Positions 51,724 through 59,335 of a DNA stretch of 64,000 nt are shown one piece after another. The translations under genes and the position numbers were made by a program. How positions within the stretch are numbered: position 1 is the stretch's first letter; the number at the start of each line of letters is the position of its first letter. The DNA lies in IMG/VR virus record IMGVR_UViG_3300035670_011224, positions 1 to 64,000 of that record, one strand, 5' to 3'. The stretch is from a virus. The notes beneath the pieces were generated by a model. It saw only the letters and a program-made list of their open reading frames with translations. It had not been told where the DNA came from and did not search any database.

Positions 51724-52425
51724 TTATGCGGACGCTGTGGCGAACGCGTTTTTGAATTTAACCTTATTACCAAGATTTCTATGAAGTTTCATAAATCTAA
51801 TAAGAATATCAGCCGTGGCTCTTACATCATTTAGAGCATCATGAGATCCACTATTGCCAAGACCTAGGTATTCTCTAACATTATCTAATGTATAGTTTTT
51901 TAGTTCATTGTTTCCTTCAAACCAATAAAATATAACATTCATTAGATCTATAACGTCTCGTGGATAAAAAAGAGATGTTCTTCCCTCCTTATTGACATTA
52001 TTATATTTCGTACTTAGTCTTTCTATAATTCTAAGATCAAATCTATTTATATTGTATCCAGCAGCTATTGGTGCTGTAAAACAAGATTTTTTATCTGATC
52101 TTATATGATATTTCTCTAAATAAGATACGAACATTTTCCATCCATTATCCTGATTTTGATAAGATTTCCAGTCCTCTAATATTTTAGTTTTGTCGCATCC
52201 TCTAACCTTGGCATGGAAATCAAGAACATCACTATCATCATATATATAATCAGGTTTTTCATCCAATATGGATGGTTTTAGATTAATATTAAATTCTGAG
52301 TCTTTGATAATTTCTAATTTATATGGATCTATTATCAGAGAGGCAATTTGAACGGGGCTACAAAGGTCAGGATTAGCCCCGTCCGTTTCTAAATCAAATA
52401 CACAAATTTTTTGTAAATTAGCCAT
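51724..52425 (-). CDS. DEDDh 3'-5' exonuclease (DnaQ/epsilon-like)
   Basis: Exo I FDLETDG, Exo II GYNINRFD, Exo III HDALND. Confidence 0.9.
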   Translation of the reverse strand: MANLQKICVFDLETDGANPDLCSPVQIASLIIDPYKLEIIKDSEFNINLKPSILDEKPDYIYDDSDVLDFHAKVRGCDKTKILEDWKSYQNQDNGWKMFVSYLEKYHIRSDKKSCFTAPIAAGYNINRFDLRIIERLSTKYNNVNKEGRTSLFYPRDVIDLMNVIFYWFEGNNELKNYTLDNVREYLGLGNSGSHDALNDVRATADILIRFMKLHRNLGNKVKFKNAFATASA

Positions 52426-52600
52426 TTGTCTCCACTACTGTGTTTCCTGGGAAAAAAGTCCTTTGATTACTATCTGTTGCAACATGACAATTAACGCTTC
52501 TGCAACAGCTTACTCTAACTTCTTGGATCTTAGTATATTCTACATTATTAGCTTTAAAGTTTTCGCCCACAGCAACTTGGTCTAATGTTTTTGTTAACAT
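52418..52600 (-). CDS. Small hypothetical protein (60 aa, CC..C)
   Basis: Overlaps both neighbours, with TAATG coupling at 52600. Confidence 0.65.
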   Translation of the reverse strand: MLTKTLDQVAVGENFKANNVEYTKIQEVRVSCCRSVNCHVATDSNQRTFFPGNTVVETNG

Positions 52601-53484
52601 TATAGTTCTCCGTTTTTTAGGTATTCTGATACAGACATGATTTTGTCCAAATAAGCGATACCCAATATATCAAATTTAATTAAACCCAAACTCTCTAGAT
52701 CATTCATCTCCATGCCCGCTATCAGCTGATCATTTCTATTATCATAGACCATAGGACACAGAGATGCAAGATCTTCGGTACCTATTATTACACCAGCAGC
52801 ATGTTTGCTTTGATTAGATTTTGTTCCTTCTAGTCTTATGGCCTGTTCAAATCTTTTTGACAATGGACCAGCCAACGAACCATCTTCTGCTATGTAGCAC
52901 CATTCTTTAAGCTTGTCTGTGTTATTCTCTAAAGCCCATCTAATAATCGAGGCTTCTCCGGTATCTTCTTTCATCTCCTGAAGTTCGTCGGCTATTTTGG
53001 CTTCGTCAGGAATAAATTTGGTAATAGAATTCATTTCTTCGAAAGATATATTACCATATACTCTTAGCACATCTTTTAACGCCCCTCTACCTTTCATAGT
53101 ATTAAAAGTAATCATTTGTGATACTTTGCCATGTCCATATTTACTTTTTATATATTCTAATACTTGTTCTCGTTTATCTATTGGAATATCTATATCGATA
53201 TCTGGCATTTGTATTCTGGCTGGAATGCTTTGTATTGGGCGAGTATTATCAAGCTGATCGACAATACCATATATCCACATTATATAACTATTAATAGTGT
53301 TTTCGGATAAAATATTTTTATTTACTATTATATGATTATAGTATGATATATTTTCTGGAGCCGAAAGAACTATAGAGCATTCATGTTCAAGAAATCTATT
53401 ATTTTTTTCTTGTTCTAACCTTTCGATTATAGGCTGGCTTTTAATCTCATGTACTAGTCTAGTAAGTGTAGAATTTTTTTCCAT
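52600..53484 (-). CDS. dnaE: DNA polymerase III alpha, middle piece (catalytic palm/thumb)
   Basis: MPDIDID at residue 93, SKHAAGV, and IKFDILG, so all three catalytic Asp are here. It has a 92-aa N-terminal extension. Confidence 0.93.
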   Translation of the reverse strand: MEKNSTLTRLVHEIKSQPIIERLEQEKNNRFLEHECSIVLSAPENISYYNHIIVNKNILSENTINSYIMWIYGIVDQLDNTRPIQSIPARIQMPDIDIDIPIDKREQVLEYIKSKYGHGKVSQMITFNTMKGRGALKDVLRVYGNISFEEMNSITKFIPDEAKIADELQEMKEDTGEASIIRWALENNTDKLKEWCYIAEDGSLAGPLSKRFEQAIRLEGTKSNQSKHAAGVIIGTEDLASLCPMVYDNRNDQLIAGMEMNDLESLGLIKFDILGIAYLDKIMSVSEYLKNGEL

Positions 53485-54272
53485 TTGTAGTCTATATATA
53501 AATGATTGTTTAGTAAATATTTTGCTATAACTTTAATTTCACTCTTGTTTTGGTATATTAACTGATATAAGTCTTTATTTTTTATTTTTGTTGGTTTTTT
53601 ATATTTTACAGGCAAGGCTTTGGACACTGTTTCCAAATTTTCTGGAAGATATGAACATATACCTATGTTGTAACCAGTGTAGACTTTATTTTTATTGGTT
53701 TGTTTTTTTATACTAACCCATCCATCAGCATCCCAATATCCTCTTATAAAATCTGGCCATAATAATTGATCCGACGGTAATTTTAAAGTACTATACCATG
53801 TTTTTCTTGGTATAATACCATATTTTGATATATTATTTGCTAAAATATCGCTAGTAAATTGAAATGTACACCTATTATCGTAGTCTTTTACTATATTAGA
53901 GCCTATTAAAAATTTAGAAAATTTAATCAAATGTTTTTTTGATTCTGACCCCAAGCATAATTGTAGCTTATTACTATCACTAATATTTCCATCGCCAAAA
54001 ATAAAACCAAGCCAATAAGCTGATGCGGCATCTAATTTAGAAAAATCATTTAATAATTTTTTTTTACTATTTTTAGTAAATCTAGTTGATTTTGCTAAAC
54101 AACCACAACTTTTAACATGGTTAATCTTTATCATAGATAGTTTCTTATAACAGATATTGCCGCATTTACATTTACACTTAGCAATTGTTTCTCCTTTACT
54201 ATCCGGAACTAAAGTTATTATAGTAAGTAAATTATAACTCTTATTTTTATAGTCTTTTATTTTAGTTTTCAT
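53454..54272 (-). mobile_element. Free-standing LAGLIDADG homing endonuclease gene with an N-terminal Cys-rich (CKCKCG...SCGC) module
   Basis: AYWLGFIFGDG and FIRGYWDADG motifs. Likely ATG at 54272 with GGAGG upstream. No intein splicing blocks seen. Confidence 0.88.
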
Positions 54273-54276
54273 ATTG

Positions 54277-54336
54277 CCTCCGGAATTATACTGTTTATAC
54301 ACCATTCTTAAATGTTTGTATAGAAAATTCCGGAAA
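54277..54336 (-). promoter_or_regulatory. RNA hairpin sequestering the homing endonuclease RBS
   Basis: Minus strand TTTCCGGAATT...AATTCCGGAGG outer stem, plus inner TATACA/TGTATA and CATT/AATG stems. GGAGG lies in the 3' arm. Confidence 0.7.
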
Positions 54337-55593
54337 AGATATGTGTTCTTTTACATTCCTGCCATCGGAATAAAATCTTTCAAATAGTAATTCATGTTTA
54401 ATAGGATCTATATCTGTAATACCTATTAAATAAGAAACCAAGCATCCGGCTGCGCTTCCTCGTCCTGGTCCTGCTAACCAATTATTATTTTTAACATGTC
54501 TTAGTATGTCTTGAACAATTAGAAAATAACTACTAAGCCCAGCATTTTGCAAAACCTGTAGTTCATATTTTATTCTATCAACATAAATATCGTGTTGTGA
54601 TTTGTCAATATTCGGTATAATTCTATTTTTCCAACCTTTTCTACATAATTCTCTTAAATATTCATCCGGAGAGAATCCTTCGGGACATTCGAATTTAGGC
54701 AATTTAGGTGGCGATAGTATATCAAAATTTTCTATTAGACTATCCACAAACAAAGTGTTTTCTATCTCTTCGTCATTATGAAGAGTTTTCATTTCTTCTG
54801 GAGACAGAATGTAGTATTTATCGCTTTTAAAGAAACACTCCATAGGCACAGATTGATTATGAAGCATCTTAGTATTTATATCTGATAATGTTGTTTTAAG
54901 ATTATTACAGAGCAATATTCTTTGATCTATAGCATCGTCCTGTTCACAATAATGAGCATCCGGTGTGCATACCGCTTTTGTTTTACTTAATTCAGAAATT
55001 CTTCTTATTGTATCTGTCAAATATGTTTGTTGTTTTAAATATGCTTGATCAAATAGTTGTGTCTCTAGAAAAAAATTATCAGTGCCAAATATAGTTTTCA
55101 TATAGTCCACAAAAGATAATCCATTGTCTATAGCTTTGGATTCGTCGCATAATATCTTATCTGCTAATGTTGATCCCAAATGTCCACAAATACCTATAAT
55201 GTTACCATCCAGTATTTCTGCTAATTTAGCCAGGCTTAAACGCGGCTTATGATAAAAGTAATCGGGTCTGTTAGATTCGGAAACAATCTTTATTAAGGTT
55301 TTCCATCCTTGCAAATTTTTCGCCAATACCAAAAAATGTGATAATGAAGCATTTTCTTTTGTTTGTATACTCGGATCATCTTCACATATATATAATTCAC
55401 AACCAAGAATTGGTTTTATATTTTTATTTCGCATTTTCTGATAGAACTGTACAGAGCCGGCGATGTTACCATGATCGGTTAAGGCACAAGAATTAATGCC
55501 TAATTTAGAACATCTATTAGCTATTTGTTCTGGACGATTAAGACCATCCAAAAGACTAAAATGCGAATGACAATGAAGAACAGAATAGGTCAT
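54295..55593 (-). CDS. dnaE: DNA polymerase III alpha, N-terminal piece (PHP domain and start of palm)
   Basis: HCHSHFSLLDG, TDHG, GCE, DAHY, GPGRGSAAG, and LLFERF. Confidence 0.95.
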   Translation of the reverse strand: MTYSVLHCHSHFSLLDGLNRPEQIANRCSKLGINSCALTDHGNIAGSVQFYQKMRNKNIKPILGCELYICEDDPSIQTKENASLSHFLVLAKNLQGWKTLIKIVSESNRPDYFYHKPRLSLAKLAEILDGNIIGICGHLGSTLADKILCDESKAIDNGLSFVDYMKTIFGTDNFFLETQLFDQAYLKQQTYLTDTIRRISELSKTKAVCTPDAHYCEQDDAIDQRILLCNNLKTTLSDINTKMLHNQSVPMECFFKSDKYYILSPEEMKTLHNDEEIENTLFVDSLIENFDILSPPKLPKFECPEGFSPDEYLRELCRKGWKNRIIPNIDKSQHDIYVDRIKYELQVLQNAGLSSYFLIVQDILRHVKNNNWLAGPGRGSAAGCLVSYLIGITDIDPIKHELLFERFYSDGRNVKEHISFPEFSIQTFKNGV

Positions 55594-57578
55594 ACTGATC
55601 CTGGTGCTTTGTAAGATCCAAAAGAATGATTCGGGTGTTTGTACATACTCATTGTAGCATCGATCCCGTAAAGTTCAAGGTCGTGCTTGACTTGTTCGCA
55701 CTTTGTCATGACAGATCCTTTTTGACATATTTGTCCATCTCTATATTCCTCCAAAGGTTGTATGCTAGTATTTTCAAAAGTGGTTTTACCGAAATGGCAT
55801 AATTTATTACACATCCATGTTTTATTAAGCTTAGGACGTTTTGTTTTCTTAATAATATCAAATTTTTCTCTCAACATATTTTCTGTGTCTATGAGATCGC
55901 TATCATGAAATACCATAGAAAAAGGACCACCATCATTAATAAAGTAGATAGAAAAAATTACATTTTCAATATGCGGATATAATTTTTTAATAGCATAGTG
56001 ATAAATTTTAAGTTGTGGATCTTTTTCTAACTTTTCTTGGGTTTTTTCTTGACCGGTTGCCCAATCTAGTCTTCGTCCAGTATTATGTGTTGGAATATAA
56101 TTTTCTGTACACAGATAAGTATTGTCTGGACTGTCTACGGAAATGCATTGAGTTTTTTGTATAATCGATTCTTCTATTTTAGAAACTCGTCTAACCCTAG
56201 ATCTTCCAGATCCCCAATTTACATCCACAAGTTCTTTTTTCCTGTTCAATAGAAAAGGATTAATATCAATTGGACGAAACGAAATAGGATATATGATTAC
56301 GTTTTTTTTGTAATTTGTATCTCTTTTAATACACGCTTGATTCGGTCTTTGCCCAAGGGTTAAAAGTAGGTCTTTAACATCGTCGGATAGTTTTTTATTA
56401 CAAGAAGTAAAGATGGTTTGTTTTCTAATTGGATTTACATTTCCGTCTGTATCCATCAAACCCCTTAGTAAGTCTAGTCTTTGTTGAAAAGATGCTCTCA
56501 AATAAATTTTTGGTATATGTTTATTATTCAATAGGTTTAAAGATTTTAGTATTTTTGTCACATTTAGGATCGATACTGTCTTATTTTTTGATCTTTTATC
56601 ATTTTGAATTTTTCCTAGCTCATAACCTCTTGCTTGTATTTCTTCAAAAATTTCGATATCATTGCCACTAATCTCGCAGCCTCTATTTCTTCCGTCTCCT
56701 AACCAGACTCCTAATAGATAAGGATCTATTGGTAGGGATTGTTCATTACATTTTAATGGTTTTGTCACATTAATAGTATCGCCAATAGCTAGATCCTGTA
56801 TAGATACCGTTTCACCATTAGATAATTTCCATAAATGCTCATCGTCACAAATTACCGATGTTTTGTCATCAAAAGTTACTCTGAAACATTTTTTTGTTTT
56901 GACTTTTGATTTTCCAACAACGCGACATATATTACCGTATTGATCAAAAACATTACATCCCACATTTATATCTGCAATTGTTGTCCATCCGTCAAGAGTA
57001 GGTAATTTTGTATCTAATGGCAATCCTTTCCAATCTATGACCTCAATAGTATTATCATTGGCCAAAGTTATAAGATCTATAGTGCCTTTTAAACCCAAAT
57101 ATCCATCTAGTTTTTGATTATTGATATTATACTCGTATTTAGCCCATGGTTTTTCTATTACCAAATCAAAATGTTGTTCTGGTCTAAGAATTGTGCGATT
57201 TCTAGGATCAAACATACCACCATTAAATTCTATAGCCTTGTAAACCCAATTATAGCAGTCCTTATAATCTTTTAGAGTCCAAGTATGATGACTATTAGCG
57301 GTACTATAATGCTTGTATACTTTTTCTATTATGGTATTAAGACTATAGTCGTTTATATCTATAAGACCTAAGAATTCGTCGTCGTTTATATGAGATAATT
57401 TATCTTGCTGACCTTGTTTGATCATAGCAAGAATTTCTAAAACTTTATGGACTATTGTTCCTTTATCCGCCTTTTGTCCACTTGGACCCCTCCATCCTAG
57501 TACATATTCAAAAAAAAATTGTTGTTCACACATAGAATGGGCATTATAAGATGAACTACGGAAATAAGTTATAATCAT
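55590..57578 (-). CDS. PD-(D/E)XK (RecB/AddB/Cas4-like) exonuclease, intein-containing
   Basis: GTIVHKVLE, E..F, GTIDLI, IDWK|TG and QLKIY motifs. One N-terminal Cys plus a C-terminal Cys cluster suggest an Fe-S staple. Confidence 0.88.
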   Translation of the reverse strand: MIITYFRSSSYNAHSMCEQQFFFEYVLGWRGPSGQKADKGTIVHKVLEILAMIKQGQQDKLSHINDDEFLGLIDINDYSLNTIIEKVYKHYSTANSHHTWTLKDYKDCYNWVYKAIEFNGGMFDPRNRTILRPEQHFDLVIEKPWAKYEYNINNQKLDGYLGLKGTIDLITLANDNTIEVIDWKGLPLDTKLPTLDGWTTIADINVGCNVFDQYGNICRVVGKSKVKTKKCFRVTFDDKTSVICDDEHLWKLSNGETVSIQDLAIGDTINVTKPLKCNEQSLPIDPYLLGVWLGDGRNRGCEISGNDIEIFEEIQARGYELGKIQNDKRSKNKTVSILNVTKILKSLNLLNNKHIPKIYLRASFQQRLDLLRGLMDTDGNVNPIRKQTIFTSCNKKLSDDVKDLLLTLGQRPNQACIKRDTNYKKNVIIYPISFRPIDINPFLLNRKKELVDVNWGSGRSRVRRVSKIEESIIQKTQCISVDSPDNTYLCTENYIPTHNTGRRLDWATGQEKTQEKLEKDPQLKIYHYAIKKLYPHIENVIFSIYFINDGGPFSMVFHDSDLIDTENMLREKFDIIKKTKRPKLNKTWMCNKLCHFGKTTFENTSIQPLEEYRDGQICQKGSVMTKCEQVKHDLELYGIDATMSMYKHPNHSFGSYKAPGSV
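56082..57026 (-). mobile_element. Class-3-type intein (315 aa) with LAGLIDADG endonuclease, first residue Gly
   Basis: Block A GLPLDTKLPTLDGW, block B CDDEHLW, LAGLIDADG motifs LLGVWLGDG and LLRGLMDTDG, block F TQCISVD, block G IPTHN/T. Confidence 0.92.
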
Positions 57579-57587
57579 GATATCCTA

Positions 57588-58181
57588 TTATTGGGGTATT
57601 ACATTAAAATGTAACATAAGTTTTTTAAGTTTATCGTATTGCTCTCTAACTGTCATATGTTCATTATTAATGATAGCATTAAAATTATTCCAATCATATC
57701 TACAAGCATCCAATATTGATTCACTAATATGTTCTGATTTGTGTGGATTTCTATTTAGTCGAAATACTATTCCTCCATTATTTTTTATAGCTTCTACTTC
57801 ATTAGGAAATCTACAATCAGAAACTATAACAACTTGAAGTTTACTCTTTTTAATTTTATTGATAAGAGCATTTACCCAAACATTATTATTTAATTTTCTA
57901 AATAAGTCAGTACCTATTAATTGCATTAAATCTCTAGCTGTTAGTTGCTTATCTTCCCAATAGGCATCAACTAGTTCATTCTTGTTATGATCTTCGCCAT
58001 AACACTGAGCATATGATAATCCAAACATATTCATGCATATGTCTTCTTTTAATGGGTCTGCAAAGTTATATATTTCAACATCAGAATATCCATTGGATAA
58101 TAATAATCCTTTTAAAAATTCTGAACAAATAGTTTTGCCAGACTGCTTACGGCCAGAAAATGCTATTATTTTAGTATTCAT
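57588..58181 (-). CDS. Deoxynucleoside monophosphate kinase
   Basis: FSGRKQSGKT P-loop, FADPLK, R..MQ.IGT, and DCRFPNE. Confidence 0.88.
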   Translation of the reverse strand: MNTKIIAFSGRKQSGKTICSEFLKGLLLSNGYSDVEIYNFADPLKEDICMNMFGLSYAQCYGEDHNKNELVDAYWEDKQLTARDLMQLIGTDLFRKLNNNVWVNALINKIKKSKLQVVIVSDCRFPNEVEAIKNNGGIVFRLNRNPHKSEHISESILDACRYDWNNFNAIINNEHMTVREQYDKLKKLMLHFNVIPQ

Positions 58182-59335
58182 TAGTATTTATCTTTTAATT
58201 GTGGTAAAATAATCTCTTTTACTTCAGCTACTGACATATCAGCAACATCACTGTGGTCAATATCAATATAGAAAACATTATATGTCTTATGACATTTATC
58301 ATAGATTTTTTGAGCAGCTCTTTTGCCAGCGTCATCATTGTCCATAAGTATATATATGCTCATTGCTCCAGAAATATCCAATAACAATTTTTGTTTTTCT
58401 TGTAATACAGAGCCGAATAGGGCTACGCTATTATGAATTCCGGCCTCTTCTAGTCTCCAAACATTTCCTGGGCTTTCAACCAAAATAATATTTTTATTCT
58501 GTTGTATATAGTCTTTTGCATACCATAGATTATATAAATACTCTTGTGTTTTAAATCCCTTATTATGTTTCCACTTAGAATATTGCCATGAATAATCTGA
58601 ATTCGGACAATCTTTTGTTAAATTATGATAACTTTTACATTTAGAGCATTGAGTAAAAATGCTTCTGCCAGAACAACCTACCATATGTTCATGAGTGTCG
58701 TCGTATACTGGCACAACAGCCCTATCGCCCATTTCTTTTTCGGAACTTAAACATTCACCAACATCATATTTGATAAGTATCTCAGGAGAAAATCCTCTAC
58801 TAATAAAATAATCTGATGGAATTTTTAAATTCTTTACTATTTTATCTCTTGTGATTTTAGGAGTATCGTCAACAGATCTAATATCTGTTTGTATATTATT
58901 AACAATATTTACAAAATTATTTTTTTCTACTTCTTTTTTACTAACTTTTATTTGACTAGGATTCTTTTTAGTAAAATTAATAGCATATTCTACAGCATCA
59001 TTAAAAGAAACGGTTGGATCGCCCGGTCCTGTCCAACCATTTTGTTTAGACAAACAACCTCTTATAAATCCTATAATAGATCCTTTGAATGTTTCTTCGC
59101 ATTGATGCGTTCTGCATTTCCAGTTGCCTCTATATGAGTCTCCTTTGTAATATAAATTACAAGCAGAATTATTATCTCCGCCATGAATTGGACATCTCAT
59201 GGCTATCATGCGATCAAAAGTTTTGTATTCTCCAACATTTAAATTATCTAGTAAATTATCTATATCTTCACATAAATAATCAGATAGTATCTTAAGTTGT
59301 TGTTGATTATACGAACGGGATTTCTTGATCGTCAT
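58181..59335 (-). CDS. dnaG: DNA primase (CHC2 Zn finger plus TOPRIM)
   Basis: CPIH...WKCRTHQC, LVESPGNV, and MDNDDAG. The start is uncertain (59335-59350). Confidence 0.88.
   Translation of the reverse strand: MTIKKSRSYNQQQLKILSDYLCEDIDNLLDNLNVGEYKTFDRMIAMRCPIHGGDNNSACNLYYKGDSYRGNWKCRTHQCEETFKGSIIGFIRGCLSKQNGWTGPGDPTVSFNDAVEYAINFTKKNPSQIKVSKKEVEKNNFVNIVNNIQTDIRSVDDTPKITRDKIVKNLKIPSDYFISRGFSPEILIKYDVGECLSSEKEMGDRAVVPVYDDTHEHMVGCSGRSIFTQCSKCKSYHNLTKDCPNSDYSWQYSKWKHNKGFKTQEYLYNLWYAKDYIQQNKNIILVESPGNVWRLEEAGIHNSVALFGSVLQEKQKLLLDISGAMSIYILMDNDDAGKRAAQKIYDKCHKTYNVFYIDIDHSDVADMSVAEVKEIILPQLKDKY

Noticed and set aside
53200-54360. Group I intron or split intein in dnaE
   Set aside because: No convincing P7/R-S elements, almost no non-coding space, and no C1 or HN-C/S/T motifs. 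An intron is not fully excluded without a covariance search.
50105-55593. dnaE as a pseudogene
   Set aside because: All key motifs are intact, and each piece is a clean ORF abutting or overlapping its neighbours.
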